Shown: positions 49,926 through 63,156, counted from the stretch's first letter. The stretch: DNA of 64,000 nt from Trueperaceae bacterium (GCA_965213705.1 OZ243913.1:992001-1056000), one strand, 5' to 3'. The notes: a model not told the origin generated them from the sequence alone. Made by a program: numbers and translations.

Positions 49926-50263
49926 GGCCGCCCGCCGCGCCATCCCGTACCGGCCGGAACTCGGTTCATGTCGCCAACCTTTGCTGAATACCCCTGTCCG
50001 GTGTCATTGCGCCGTCCTTCCGCGCCCCCCGTTTTTTCAGCTTCAACCTACGCGAGCCGTGTCTGAAACTTGCGCCGAAGTTGTGTAGAAAATGTGAAGC
50101 CGCTCAGCCGGGAAGGGTTGGGGTCGCCCGTGCGAAGACTCGAGAGGCATTCTGAACTTTTCTTCGGAGGCTCGAGCAAACCCTGTCGACCGACCTCGGG
50201 GGTGCCGCTTTCCCAGCACTCGAGCGATAAACCGAAGCGTGTTCGAAAGCGTTTTTGCCCCGA

Positions 50264-50632
50264 CTAAAACTCCAACTCGTCGTTTTTCGAGCTGATGAAC
50301 CGCTCGAAGGCGTCGTCGCGCTTGGTGTTGGGTCGTTTGGGTGTCGGAGGTTCGGGTGTTGAATGTTCAGCCGTCGGCCGGTCGGTGACTGGTTGCTCGG
50401 GCACGGGTGCAGCCGGTTTGGGTTTCGCCGCGGCCCCGCGGAAGTCGTCGTTTTTGGGGGTGTTTTCCGCACCGGTGGGGAAGGTCCGGACAGGTTTGCG
50501 GGCGGGCGTTTTGGGGCGGGGGGGCTCAGGCCGCCGTTGGCCCAGGGTCAGCAAAAACCACAGCGTGAGTGCCAGCGCGACGACCGCCAGAAAAAACAGC
50601 AAGATGAGAAGGCTCAGCGGGTCCAGGGCCAT
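50264..50632 (-). CDS. hypothetical membrane-anchored Pro-rich protein
   Basis: N-terminal TM helix; C-terminal DDAFERF; leaderless TATACT. Confidence 0.7.
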   Translation of the reverse strand: MALDPLSLLILLFFLAVVALALTLWFLLTLGQRRPEPPRPKTPARKPVRTFPTGAENTPKNDDFRGAAAKPKPAAPVPEQPVTDRPTAEHSTPEPPTPKRPNTKRDDAFERFISSKNDELEF

Positions 50633-50646
50633 ACTCCAGTATAGCG

Positions 50647-51666
50647 TCAGCGCGTGAGCAAGTCCCGCAAAACCGCACTCGAGACGTTGCCGCCGCTCAC
50701 CAGCAGCACCGTTTTACCCGGTCTCAGGGTCGCTTCGCCCTCGCCCGCTGCCAATTTTCGGTAAGCCGCCAGCGTGAGCGCGCCGGTCGGCTCGACGACC
50801 AATTTCGCTTCGTTCAGGTACCAGGCGGCGGCCTCCAAAATAGCCGCTTCGGGCACGGTCACAAAGCCGTCGACGTTTTGTTTGATGACCCTAAATGTGT
50901 GCTCGCCCAAACTCTGCGTCCGCACGCCGTCCGCGACCGTGCGAGTCGTTTTTTCGGCGGGCCAGGTGACGACTTTTCCTTGTTGAAAAGACTCGCCGGC
51001 GTCGGCGGCCAGTTCGGGCTCGACGCCGAGAACTTGTGCGTCGGGGCAGAGTTTTTTGAGGGCCAGGGCGATGCCGGCCAAGAGACCGCCGCCCCCGGTG
51101 CAAACGAGCACGTTGGCGACCTCGGGCAAGTCCTCGGCGATTTCTAAACCCACCGTGCCTTGTCCCGCGATAATCCAGGGGTGGTCGAAGGGCGGCACGA
51201 AGGTGTAACCGCGCTCGTCGACGAAGCGTTGCGCCGCCACTTGGCGCTCGGCTGCCGAGGAGCCGCAGCGCACAACTTCCGCGCCCCAGGCGAGGGTGCG
51301 CTGCACTTTAATCTCAGGCGCACCTTCGGGTATGGCGATGGCGGCGGGTACGCCGAAGAGGTGTGCGGCGCAGGCGAGGCCTTGCGCGTGGTTGCCCGAC
51401 GAAGGTGCGGTCACGCCGCGCCGCCGCACATGTTCAGGCAACGAGGCCAGAAAGTTGTACGCCCCGCGCAGCTTGAACGAGTTCGTCCGCTGCAAGTTTT
51501 CGGCTTTGGCGTAGACCTCACCCTCTACAGGCAAGCGAACGAGGGGCGTGCGGTAGACAGCCTCTTTGATACGTCCGTGGGCTTTTAAGAGGTCGTCAAA
51601 GGTTACGAGTGTGCTCACGGCACCGTCGGTCACGGCATCATCGGTTGCAGCAACGTCAGTCGTCAT
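50647..51666 (-). CDS. PLP-dependent threonine/serine dehydratase family protein
   Basis: KAENLQRTNSFKLRGA, SSGNHAQG, GGGGL, EPTGA, SGGN. Confidence 0.92.
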   Translation of the reverse strand: MTTDVAATDDAVTDGAVSTLVTFDDLLKAHGRIKEAVYRTPLVRLPVEGEVYAKAENLQRTNSFKLRGAYNFLASLPEHVRRRGVTAPSSGNHAQGLACAAHLFGVPAAIAIPEGAPEIKVQRTLAWGAEVVRCGSSAAERQVAAQRFVDERGYTFVPPFDHPWIIAGQGTVGLEIAEDLPEVANVLVCTGGGGLLAGIALALKKLCPDAQVLGVEPELAADAGESFQQGKVVTWPAEKTTRTVADGVRTQSLGEHTFRVIKQNVDGFVTVPEAAILEAAAWYLNEAKLVVEPTGALTLAAYRKLAAGEGEATLRPGKTVLLVSGGNVSSAVLRDLLTR

Positions 51667-51739
51667 GGCGTCATCATACGCGCTCGGAGGTCGGTTTAGA
51701 AAACAACCAGGGGCTCATGGTTTTCTACAAGACCCAAGC

Positions 51740-52819
51740 TCAAACGGGCTGCGCCTCTTTCAAAAACGGGTAGTCGGTATAGCCCTGAACGTCGCCGCCG
51801 TAAAAGGTGCTTTGGTCCCAGTCGTTCAGCTCGGCGTTCGCTGCAAAGCGTGCGGGCAAGTCGGGGTTGGCGATGAACAGGCGGCCGTAAGCGACGAGGT
51901 CGGCCTTGTCTTCTTGCAGCAGCGCCTCACCCGAACTCCGGTCGAAGCCGCCCGCGACTATAAGCGTGCCGTCATAGCTATCCCGAAACAGTTCCGAGGC
52001 CTTTATGTCACCGACCTCGGCCTCGACGGTGTGGAGGTAGGCGAGGTTGTAAGCGTTCAGCATCTGCGCCGCGTAGCGGTAGGTCTCGAGCGGGTTCGCG
52101 TCGCCGCGGCTGCCGGGGGCGTTGTTGGGCGACAAGCGGACGCCGACGCGGTTCGCGTCCCACACGTTCAAGACGGCCTCGGTGACTTCTTTAAGAAACC
52201 GGGTTCGGTTTTTAACGCTGCCGCCGTAGCGGTCGGTGCGCTGGTTCGTGCCGGTGCGCAGGAACTGCTCGAGCAAGTAGCCGTTCGCCGCGTGAATCTC
52301 CACGCCGTCGAAGCCGGCACGCTGCGCGTTTTCGGCGGCCTGGCGGTACTGCTGGACGACTTCGGCAACCTCGTCCGCCTCGAGCGCCCGCGGGGTCTCG
52401 TCGCTCGGCGCGCGGCGAAAGTTGGGATACATGAGGTTGCCTTCGAACTTCACCGCCGACGCCGACACCGGCTTCGCGCCGCCGTGGTACGACGAGTGCG
52501 ACACCCGCCCGACGTGCCAGAGTTGCAAGTAGATAATCCCACCCGCCGCGTGAACCGCGTCGGTGACGGTTTTCCAGGCGTCGGTTTGCTCGGCCGAGTG
52601 AATTCCCGGCGTGTCCGGGTAACCCTGGCCCAGCGGCGCGACTTGCGTCGCCTCGCTGACGATGAGCCCGGCTCCCGCGCGCTGCGCGTAGTAGTCGGCG
52701 TGGACGGGCTGCGGCACCGTGCCGACGGCGCGATTGCGGGTCAGGGGGGCCATGACAGTTCGGCTTTTGAGGGTTAAAGGGCCGAGTTGATAGGGCTCGA
52801 GAAGTTTCATAACCGCCAC
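51740..52819 (-). CDS. alkene reductase (old yellow enzyme, NemA-like)
   Basis: MAPLTR, QLWHVGR, EIHAANGYL, GRLFIANPDL, GYTDYP. Confidence 0.95.
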   Translation of the reverse strand: MAVMKLLEPYQLGPLTLKSRTVMAPLTRNRAVGTVPQPVHADYYAQRAGAGLIVSEATQVAPLGQGYPDTPGIHSAEQTDAWKTVTDAVHAAGGIIYLQLWHVGRVSHSSYHGGAKPVSASAVKFEGNLMYPNFRRAPSDETPRALEADEVAEVVQQYRQAAENAQRAGFDGVEIHAANGYLLEQFLRTGTNQRTDRYGGSVKNRTRFLKEVTEAVLNVWDANRVGVRLSPNNAPGSRGDANPLETYRYAAQMLNAYNLAYLHTVEAEVGDIKASELFRDSYDGTLIVAGGFDRSSGEALLQEDKADLVAYGRLFIANPDLPARFAANAELNDWDQSTFYGGDVQGYTDYPFLKEAQPV

Positions 52820-52932
52820 TCTATTCGGTATAGCCCTCCGCCGAATGTCGGGCTCGAGACATGGTCGCGCGCGGTGTGGGACGTGGTCTAGGGCCGAGAC
52901 GAAAAGCTGAAAGCAGAACTCCCTTTTTCTTT

Positions 52933-52967
52933 ACTCGGTACTCTTTACTCGGTCCTCGGTACTTTCC
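52933..52967. repeat. heptamer tandem array, copy 1
   Basis: ACTCGGT ACTCTTT ACTCGGT CCTCGGT ACTTTCC. Confidence 0.8.
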
Positions 52968-53024
52968 CTCACATTTCGAGAAAAACTCCAAACTCGTTAC
53001 CCTATCCCCGGTAGAGTGCTTCTT

Positions 53025-53780
53025 ATGGCGAAGCAGTTCTCGAGCGAAGAAGCAAAGGCGCAACTCGCCCGCGTCCAGGGCCTCGGCGAGACGCTGGAGA
53101 AGCAGTACGCGCTGCTCAACTACGCCGTCGACGCCTCGAACAACTGCATCGCGGTGAGCGACCCCAACCGGGACGACAACCCGCTGATTTACGTCAACAA
53201 GGGTTTCGAGCGGTTGACCGGCTACAGTTTCGACGAGGCGGTGGGGCGCAACTGCCGTTTTTTACAAAACGACGACCACGACCAGCCCGGTTTGATGCAG
53301 CTTCGCAAGGCGCTCAAAGCCGGTCGGGACGTGCAAACCACCCTTCGCAACTACCGCAAAGACGGCACACCCTTTTGGAACGAGCTGTACGTGTCGGCAA
53401 TTCGGGACCAGGGCGGCGACCTCGTCTATTTTATGGGCGTACAGAACGACGTGACGCGGCGCGTCGAGCAGGAGCGCAACCTCAAAAAAGCGGTCGAGGC
53501 CACCCTGCAAGACAGCAGTTGGTTGAGCCGCGCCATCTTCGAAAAACTCGCGCAGTACGACGCGGGCGTTCAGGAAGGCGCGCACCTCGCCGACTTTACG
53601 CCGCGCGAGGGTGAGGTGTTGGAGTTGCTAGCCAAAGGCCTCAGCAACGTCGACATAGCCAAAGAGTTGGACCTGTCGCCCAACACGGTGCGTAACCACC
53701 TCGCCAAGGTGTACGACAAGCTGGGTTTGCGCACCCGCGCCAAGGCGGCCCGCTGGGCACGCGAGCGGGGTTTGGGCTGA
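53025..53780 (+). CDS. LOV (PAS) domain-LuxR HTH transcription factor
   Basis: DNPLIYVN, GRNCRFLQ, NYRKDG.PFWN, GVQND; FTPRE..VL...G.SN..IA..L..S..TVRNH. Confidence 0.92.
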   Translation: MAKQFSSEEAKAQLARVQGLGETLEKQYALLNYAVDASNNCIAVSDPNRDDNPLIYVNKGFERLTGYSFDEAVGRNCRFLQNDDHDQPGLMQLRKALKAGRDVQTTLRNYRKDGTPFWNELYVSAIRDQGGDLVYFMGVQNDVTRRVEQERNLKKAVEATLQDSSWLSRAIFEKLAQYDAGVQEGAHLADFTPREGEVLELLAKGLSNVDIAKELDLSPNTVRNHLAKVYDKLGLRTRAKAARWARERGLG

Positions 53781-53856
53781 GGGCGAGAGGACTTTTTAAA
53801 TTGAAGGGAAATCGAGCAGGAAAGTTCGGAAGAGGTCGAACACTTCATAATCCTTT

Positions 53857-53898
53857 ACTTTCCACTCGGTCCTCGGTACTTTTCACTTTACTTTCACT
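53857..53898. repeat. heptamer tandem array, copy 2
   Basis: ACTTTCC ACTCGGT CCTCGGT ACTTTTC ACTTT ACTTTC. Confidence 0.8.
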
Positions 53899-54011
53899 GC
53901 CGAACGTAGGAATCGTTGCAGGTCGCGCCCCCCAAAGCCTGCTATGATGGCGGCTATCGTGAGTTTAACCGTACTTTCAGAAAGGGACGCCGCCGACGCG
54001 GCGGGACACGT

Positions 54012-56792
<2,781 letters not shown>

Positions 56793-56845
56793 GAGTTTTA
56801 GCAGGGGAGATGGGGAGCAGAGGCGCAGAGGAGAAAAGGCTTTTG

Positions 56846-56886
56846 ACTTTCACTTTTTCCTTTTTACTTTCTACTCGGTACTTCCC
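56846..56886. repeat. heptamer-type pyrimidine array, copy 3, preceded by a purine-rich tract
   Basis: ACTTTCT ACTCGGT ACTTCCC. Confidence 0.65.
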
Positions 56887-56937
56887 TTCTACCTGAGCAA
56901 GTCGTTTTCTGCACCGGTTTCAACCTAAGGAGCGTGC

Positions 56938-58221
56938 ATGGCCGTAGAACTCACAGTACCCGCCGTCGGCGAGTCCATCAACGAAGTCTTTATCGGGACC
57001 TGGCTCAAAAAAGAGGGCGACAGCGTCGCGAAAGACGAGGCGCTGGTCGAAGTCGAGACCGACAAAGCGACGCTCGAGATTCCCGCCTCGGTCGCCGGCA
57101 CGCTGAGCAAAATCCTCAAAAAAGAGGGCGACTCCGCCGACATCGGCGAAGTTATCGCGCACATCAGCGAGGGCGGCGCGGCGGCTGAGACAAAGTCGGA
57201 TGCCGAAGAGGCCGAACCGAAGACTGAAAAAGAAGAGGCCGCAACTTCCGCCATCGACACCGAAGAGGCCGAAGTGGAGTCAGACGAGGGTGCCGAAGGC
57301 GAAGGCTTTGTGATGCCCGCGGCGCAGCGGCTGCTGGACGAAAACGACCTCAAAGCCGACGCCGTCAAGGGTAGCGGTCCCGGCGGGCGCATCTTAAAAG
57401 AGGATGTACAGAAGGTTCTCGAGAGCAAGTCCGCGAAAGACGAACAACCCAAAGTCGAGTCTAAGCAGCCTCAAAGCAAGCAGCCCGAACCCAAACGCGA
57501 AGCGCCCGCGCCGCAAGGCGACCGCGAGGAAGAAACCGTGCCGATGAGCCCGCTGCGGCGCACCATCGCCCGCCGACTCGTCGAGGCGCAGCAGACGGCC
57601 GCGCTGCTCACCACCTTCAACGAAATCGACATGAGCACCATGATGGCGTTGCGCAGCGAGTACAAAGACCTGTTCGAGAAGCGCTACAACATCCGCCTCG
57701 GCTTTATGTCGTTTTTTATCAAGGCGAGCATCGACGCGCTCAAACAGTTTCCGGCTATCAACGCCGAAATTCGCGACAACGACATCGTTTACAAAAATTA
57801 CTACGACGTCGCGATTGCCGTGTCGTCCAAAAAGGGCCTCGTCACCCCGGTCATTCGCAATGCCGAGCGGCTGAGTTTTGCCGAAATCGAAGCGACGATT
57901 GCCGACTTCGGCGCGCGCGCCCAAACCAACAAACTTTCGCCCGACGAACTGACTGGCGGCACCTTTACGATTTCGAATGGCGGCGTGTTCGGCTCGCTCA
58001 TGTCAACGCCAATTGTGAACCCACCGCAGTCCGGCGTGCTCGGGATGCACGCGATTCAGGAGCGCCCCATCGCCGTCGACGGCGAAGTCGTGGTTCGCCC
58101 GATGATGTACGTGGCGCTGACCTACGACCACCGAATTGTCGACGGGCGCGAAGCGGTGACGTTTTTAAAGCGCATCAAAGAGGCCATCGAGACCCCGGCA
58201 AGGATGCTGCTCGAGGTTTGA
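56938..58221 (+). CDS. sucB: dihydrolipoamide succinyltransferase (OGDH E2)
   Basis: Lipoyl [33 protein letters not shown]. Confidence 0.96.
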   Translation: MAVELTVPAVGESINEVFIGTWLKKEGDSVAKDEALVEVETDKATLEIPASVAGTLSKILKKEGDSADIGEVIAHISEGGAAAETKSDAEEAEPKTEKEEAATSAIDTEEAEVESDEGAEGEGFVMPAAQRLLDENDLKADAVKGSGPGGRILKEDVQKVLESKSAKDEQPKVESKQPQSKQPEPKREAPAPQGDREEETVPMSPLRRTIARRLVEAQQTAALLTTFNEIDMSTMMALRSEYKDLFEKRYNIRLGFMSFFIKASIDALKQFPAINAEIRDNDIVYKNYYDVAIAVSSKKGLVTPVIRNAERLSFAEIEATIADFGARAQTNKLSPDELTGGTFTISNGGVFGSLMSTPIVNPPQSGVLGMHAIQERPIAVDGEVVVRPMMYVALTYDHRIVDGREAVTFLKRIKEAIETPARMLLEV

Positions 58222-58237
58222 AGTCACATCTCAGGCC

Positions 58238-58269
58238 AAAACGGACGCCTAAGAGCGGTGTCCGTTTTT
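58238..58269 (+). terminator. intrinsic terminator after sucB
   Basis: AAAACGGACGCC-loop-GGTGTCCGTTTTT. Confidence 0.85.
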
Positions 58270-58299
58270 GTTTGGAAACCAGCGTTTTAATCTATTCAT

Positions 58300-58330
58300 C
58301 GTAGGGACGGGTTTTAAACCCGCCCCTACG
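58300..58330. repeat. GTAG-type REP palindrome
   Basis: CGTAGGGACGGGTTTTAAACCCGCCCCTACG. Confidence 0.8.
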
Positions 58331-58426
58331 GTGCGCTGAAAGAGTACGTTCGGGGCAATTTAAAGGGGAGCACAAGGTCGGGGTCGCAAACCGTTTGTCT
58401 CGAGCCGCCTCGTCAAACCCCCAACC

Positions 58427-58870
58427 TCAAAGAGAGGTTGCCAACCCCACGCCCACGCCGAGCAGCGCGCCGAACACCACTTGCGGGTAGGTGTGGCCGA
58501 GGAGCGTTTTGAGCGCTTGCGGCTGAAAGCCTTCGTCGAACAGGTGCGCCAACTCGCCGACGAGTTCGTTGATGAGTTCGGCCTGAATGCCGGCGGCGCG
58601 GCGGATGCCGGTCGCGTCGTACATCACAATCGAGCCGAAGACCATTGAGATGGCGAACTGCGGGCTTTGCCAGCCGTAAATCGCGCCGAGACTCGTCGCC
58701 AAGCCCATCACCGCGGCCGAGTGCGACGAGGGCATCCCGCCGGTCTCGAGCAAGCGCTCAACGGCGAAGCGGCGTTCTGTCAGGAGCACTAAAACGACCT
58801 TGAACACCTGCGCCAGCACCGTCGCCAAGAGCGCCGTCCAGAGCGGTTTGTTAGCGAGCAGGTCGGTCAC
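58427..58870 (-). CDS. divergent PAP2 family protein (DUF212)
   Basis: GGMPSSHSA, VMYDA.GIRR.AG, LGHT..QV..G. Confidence 0.93.
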   Translation of the reverse strand: MTDLLANKPLWTALLATVLAQVFKVVLVLLTERRFAVERLLETGGMPSSHSAAVMGLATSLGAIYGWQSPQFAISMVFGSIVMYDATGIRRAAGIQAELINELVGELAHLFDEGFQPQALKTLLGHTYPQVVFGALLGVGVGLATSL

Positions 58871-58883
58871 GTAAGTCTCCTGA

Positions 58884-59345
58884 TTAGCTAAGCGACGCGC
58901 TCGGGCGAGGCTCGTGGGCCAACCTGGCGAGGACGCCGTTGACGAATCGCCCTGACTCCTCGCCGCCGTACTTCTTGGCGATGCGCACGGCGATTTCGAT
59001 GGTCACTTCCAGGGGCACGTCGGGCTCGAACCACAGTTCGGTCAGCGCCAGCCGCAACACGTTCAGGTCGGTCTGGGCCATCTGGGTAAAACTCCAGCCC
59101 TCAATCGTCTCGCTTAGCTGGGCATCTATCTCCTGCCGGTGCTCGGCAAAGGCCGTCAACAAGCGTGAGGCGAACGCGACGCTCTCAGCGTCGAGCCTGT
59201 CGCCGTAGGCGTCGTCCTGGTCGGCGTCTTCCTCGGTTGCGAGGTCGGCGCGGACCTGCTGCCAGACCTCCAACAAGTCCGCGCTGCCGCGTTCGGCTTG
59301 AAACAGGGTGCGAAACGCGAGTTCTCGAGCCTTGCGCCTAGCCAC
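58884..59345 (-). CDS. nusB: transcription antitermination factor NusB
   Basis: RRKARE.A...LFQ, D..VLRLA..E, FVNGVL. Confidence 0.95.
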   Translation of the reverse strand: MARRKARELAFRTLFQAERGSADLLEVWQQVRADLATEEDADQDDAYGDRLDAESVAFASRLLTAFAEHRQEIDAQLSETIEGWSFTQMAQTDLNVLRLALTELWFEPDVPLEVTIEIAVRIAKKYGGEESGRFVNGVLARLAHEPRPSASLS

Positions 59346-59685
59346 GTGCCAAGCCCTCGGGCACGTCGACCGCTTCGACGCTCACTTCGACCGTGTCGAC
59401 CTCCAACCCCGTCATCGACGACACCGCCTCGCGCACCGCGCGCTGCGCCGCGCGCGCGACCTCGGGGATGGCGAGCCCGTACAGCACCCGCACGCTCAGT
59501 AAAATGCGCACCCGTTCCCCATCGCGCTCGACCTGGATGCCCTTGGCCCGGCGGCCGGTCAGGATTTCACCGACCCTGGCCGGCGGCGCGACCGTCGCCA
59601 AACCCTCGACCTCGTCTAAGGCAAGCTGCGCGATGCCGAACAGGACGTCCTGGGAAATCTCCAGTTCGTTGGCGGTGAGGCTCAC
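59338..59685 (-). CDS. Asp23/Gls24 family protein
   Basis: IS.DV...IA..A..EVEG, YG..IPEVA...Q..V...V..MTGL.V..V.V. Confidence 0.92.
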   Translation of the reverse strand: MSLTANELEISQDVLFGIAQLALDEVEGLATVAPPARVGEILTGRRAKGIQVERDGERVRILLSVRVLYGLAIPEVARAAQRAVREAVSSMTGLEVDTVEVSVEAVDVPEGLARG

Positions 59686-59780
59686 GGTTGACGGTGCGCG
59701 CGGGCGCGGGTTGAAGCTGTACTGTTCATCGTTTCTCCTTTTTTGAGAAGGGGTGGTTTAAGGCGTCAGCGTTTGATAAT

Positions 59781-61133
59781 CTAGCTATTGCCTTCCTCAT
59801 TCAACAACCTTCTCGCAATAAAATTCGTATAGACCGCGCCGCGTTTGAAAAAAGCGTTGTCGAGGACGCGGAGGTGAAAAGGAATCGTCGTTTTGACGCC
59901 TTCGACGACGGTTTCGTTCAAGGCGCGCTCGAGCCGGGCGATGGCCTGGTCCCGCGTCGGTGCCCAGGCGATGATTTTAGCAATCAAACTGTCGTAGTTG
60001 GGCGGGATGCGGTAACCGGAATAGACGTGCGAGTCCACGCGGATGCCGGGGCCGCCGGGCCAGTGGACGTCCGTGATAGTCCCCGCCGAGGGGCGAAAGT
60101 CGAAGTCGGGGTCTTCGGCGTTGACGCGCACCTCGATGGCGTGGCCCTCGACCCGAATCTCGTCTTGCGTGACGCTCAAACCCTCGCCCGCCGCGACACG
60201 GAACTGTTCCTGGACGAGGTCGAAACGAGTCACCATCTCGGTCGCCGGGTGTTCGACCTGGATGCGAGTGTTCATCTCGCTGAAGTAAAACGCGCCGTCA
60301 CGGTCGACCAAAAACTCGCAAGTGCCCGCGCCGCGGTAAGAAATGCGTTCGGCCAAACGCACCGCGGCGGCGGCGATGTCGAGGCGCACCGCTTCGGGCA
60401 GCGAACTGGTGGCTTCTTCCAAGACTTTTTGGTAGCGGCGCTGAATCGAGCAGTCGCGGTCGTAAAAGTGGACGACCTTGCCCTCGCCGTCGCCGAACAC
60501 CTGAATCTCGACGTGGCGCGGCTCTTCCAGAAACTTTTCCATGTACATTTCCGGGTTGCCGAAAGCCGCCCTGGCCTCCTCGGACGCGTTGTTCAGGTTG
60601 CGCTCCAACTCGGCCTCACTCCGCACCACGCGCATCCCGCGGCCCCCGCCGCCGGCCGAGGCTTTCAAAATCACCGGGTAACCGATACTTTCGGCGGTTT
60701 TGCGGGCGTGCTCCACGCTAGAGAGCGCCCCCGAGCCCGGCGTCAGCGGCACGCCCGCTTCGGCGGCGAGGGCTCGAGCGCTCGCCTTGTCGCCGATGGC
60801 GCGAATCGTCGCGGCGCGCGGCCCGATAAAGACGAGGTTGTGCTCCTCGCATTTTTCGGCGAATTCGGCGTTTTCGGACAAAAAGCCGTAACCGGGATGC
60901 ACCGCTTCCGCGCCGGTCACGATGGCCGCCGAGAGCAGGTTGCGCACGTTGAGGTACGAGCCCCCCGACGCGGCCGGCCCGATGCAAATCGACTCGTCGG
61001 CGAGCAGGACGGGCAACGACTTCTCGTCGGCCTCGGAATAGACGGCGACCGTTTTGATGCCGAGTTCCTGCGCCGCGCGGAGCACGCGCAGCGCGATTTC
61101 GCCGCGGTTGGCGATGAGGATTTTGTTGAACAT
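59781..61133 (-). CDS. accC: acetyl-CoA carboxylase biotin carboxylase
   Basis: ILIANRGEIA, HPGYGFLSEN, GGGGRGMR, EMNTRIQVEH. Confidence 0.97.
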   Translation of the reverse strand: MFNKILIANRGEIALRVLRAAQELGIKTVAVYSEADEKSLPVLLADESICIGPAASGGSYLNVRNLLSAAIVTGAEAVHPGYGFLSENAEFAEKCEEHNLVFIGPRAATIRAIGDKASARALAAEAGVPLTPGSGALSSVEHARKTAESIGYPVILKASAGGGGRGMRVVRSEAELERNLNNASEEARAAFGNPEMYMEKFLEEPRHVEIQVFGDGEGKVVHFYDRDCSIQRRYQKVLEEATSSLPEAVRLDIAAAAVRLAERISYRGAGTCEFLVDRDGAFYFSEMNTRIQVEHPATEMVTRFDLVQEQFRVAAGEGLSVTQDEIRVEGHAIEVRVNAEDPDFDFRPSAGTITDVHWPGGPGIRVDSHVYSGYRIPPNYDSLIAKIIAWAPTRDQAIARLERALNETVVEGVKTTIPFHLRVLDNAFFKRGAVYTNFIARRLLNEEGNS

Positions 61134-61136
61134 CTT

Positions 61137-61640
61137 CTAACCGGGTTCGATGCGGAACAGGGCTTGCCCGTACTCGACCGGGTCTTCGTTTTTCACGAGA
61201 ATTTCTTTCAGGGTACCCGCGACCTCGGCCTCGATTTCGTTCATGAGCTTCATCGCCTCGATGATGCACAAGACCGTGCCCGCCGCGACCCGGTCGCCAA
61301 GTTTGACAAAGGGGGCCGAGTCCGGCGTCGGCGCTTCGTAAAAGGTGCCCACGATGGGCGCTTTGACCTCGGCGAGGTTCGAAGGCGGCGCGCTCGGCGC
61401 GGGTGTCGCGGCGGCCGCGGGTGCCGGGACATTCTGCGCTGCCGGGGTCTCGAGCTGAGTTGCAGGCGGCGGGAGTGCGGCCTGCGCCGCGCTTTGTGGG
61501 GCGGCTTGCCCTGCGGGTTGCGGCGCGGGCTCGCCGCCCCGCTTGAGCGTGAGCTTAAAGTCGCCGGTCTCCAAGGTCAACTCGCTCACCTCGCTTTCGG
61601 CAACGGCGTCGAGCAGTTTTTTAAGGTCTTTGACGTCCAT
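61137..61640 (-). CDS. accB: biotin carboxyl carrier protein
   Basis: [22 protein letters not shown]. Confidence 0.97.
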   Translation of the reverse strand: MDVKDLKKLLDAVAESEVSELTLETGDFKLTLKRGGEPAPQPAGQAAPQSAAQAALPPPATQLETPAAQNVPAPAAAATPAPSAPPSNLAEVKAPIVGTFYEAPTPDSAPFVKLGDRVAAGTVLCIIEAMKLMNEIEAEVAGTLKEILVKNEDPVEYGQALFRIEPG

Positions 61641-62197
61641 CAGGCGCGGCCCATGTAAGCGCCGGTTCGAGTGTCGACCCGAATCGTCTCGCCCTGGTCG
61701 ATAAACAGCGGCACGTTGACGGTCGCTCCCGACTCTAAAAGCGCCGGTTTGCTGCCGCCCGAAACGGTGTCGCCCTTGACGCCGGGGTCGGTCTGGGTGA
61801 TTTTCAGCGCGACCACGTTGGGTAAGGTGAGTTTGAGCGCGCGACCCTGGTAAAAGTCCACGGTGACTTCCAAGTTTTCTTTCAAAAACTTCGCGCCGTC
61901 GCCGACCTGCTCGCGCGTCAGGGTGGGCTGTTCGTAGGTCTCGGTGTCCATAAAAGTAAAGGTGTCGCCGTCACCGTACAGGTACTGCATGGTGCGGTAG
62001 TCGATAAAGATGTCTTGCAGCTTTTCGCCCGAGTTGAAGGTGCGCTCGACAATCGAGCCGGTGTCTAAGTTGCGGAACTTGGACACGACCTTCGCGCCCC
62101 CGCGCCCGATTTTTTGGTGCTGGTAGTCCAGACACTCCCACAGGGAGCCGTCCATCATCACTTTGGTGCCGTTGCGTAAGTCTGTAACCGAAATCAT
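61640..62197 (-). CDS. efp: elongation factor P
   Basis: [22 protein letters not shown]...VPLFI. Confidence 0.97.
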   Translation of the reverse strand: MISVTDLRNGTKVMMDGSLWECLDYQHQKIGRGGAKVVSKFRNLDTGSIVERTFNSGEKLQDIFIDYRTMQYLYGDGDTFTFMDTETYEQPTLTREQVGDGAKFLKENLEVTVDFYQGRALKLTLPNVVALKITQTDPGVKGDTVSGGSKPALLESGATVNVPLFIDQGETIRVDTRTGAYMGRA

Positions 62198-62347
62198 GCC
62201 TGCCTCCGAAAAATTACCTGTATTGGAACTGCTGGTTACGCCGTCAAGTCGTCACAGTCTAACACTTGCGTTCTTCGGGGTCAGAAGGTGAGGCGAGAAG
62301 TTAGGTTTTGGATTGAAGAGACGCGCCCAAGGCGTAACAATGGTGTT

Positions 62348-62776
62348 GTGGGTTACCTCTATTTCACCATCGGCGCTTACCTCGTCCTCACCGCGGTCAG
62401 CGCTGTTGTTATGACGTGGAACATGACGGTAGGCTCGCTTTTTTTTATGGTGAGCGGTTTTGTGGTGATGTGGTCGTTTATGCTGAACCACAAAAAGAAA
62501 TACGCAAAGCCCGAGCAGGGCCTGGCTGAACCTGACGACGCAGCGAACCTGGGTGTAGCGCCGAGGCGTGAGGCGCTCGAGCCCAAGCCTGAAAAAGCAA
62601 AGAGAGGGTCGGCGAAGGTCAAGCGTCACACCCAGCCTCTTTCTGCAGAGCTAGAAACGGACCTCCGCACCATCGCGGTTGTGAACAAGACCGAAGTGGT
62701 AAAGCAGGTTCAAGTCTTAACAGGTATGGAACTTTCAGAGGCTAGAACGTATGTGGAGGTACTACAAAGACGGTAG
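62348..62776 (+). CDS. hypothetical membrane protein with L7/L12 C-terminal-like motif
   Basis: Two TM helices; K.EVVK.V..LTGM.L.EA..YVE; start uncertain. Confidence 0.65.
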   Translation: MGYLYFTIGAYLVLTAVSAVVMTWNMTVGSLFFMVSGFVVMWSFMLNHKKKYAKPEQGLAEPDDAANLGVAPRREALEPKPEKAKRGSAKVKRHTQPLSAELETDLRTIAVVNKTEVVKQVQVLTGMELSEARTYVEVLQRR

Positions 62777-62801
62777 AGCTGCCGTGTACGGCTGCCGCAC
62801 T

Positions 62802-62930
62802 TCACCTAAAAAACAAGGATAGAAAAACGAGGACGCCGCTGAAGAAACCCATCCAGATGCCACGATGGAGGGCAGGGTGGGTGGTCTCAATTCTCGCCTG
62901 ATAGCTTACATCACGGGTGAACATCATCAT
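62802..62930 (-). CDS. possible 42-aa single-TM small protein
   Basis: MMMFTRDVSYQARIETTHPALHRGIWMGFFSGVLVFLSLFFR. Confidence 0.35.
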   Translation of the reverse strand: MMMFTRDVSYQARIETTHPALHRGIWMGFFSGVLVFLSLFFR

Positions 62931-63156
62931 CAGGCTATAAAATATTATTCGTAGTGCTTGAAAAAAACGATGAGACTGCCAGGTATACCTATATCAACCG
63001 CAGTCCATATTAACGTGTATTCAATTAAGTTGCGAGCATCGATGCCGGCAGACATGGTCTATGCCTCCACGCCATCGTGCGCGGCTCGGAGGCGTTTCGT
63101 CGGTACGTGACTTAAGGTTGTGGCCTCGAGCCTTTTCGACCCCGGTTCTGCTCGGG

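Noticed and set aside
52883..52896. Possible EL222-type operator (GGTCTAGGGCC) upstream of the LOV gene
   Set aside because: Only a partial match to a short degenerate consensus; likely chance.
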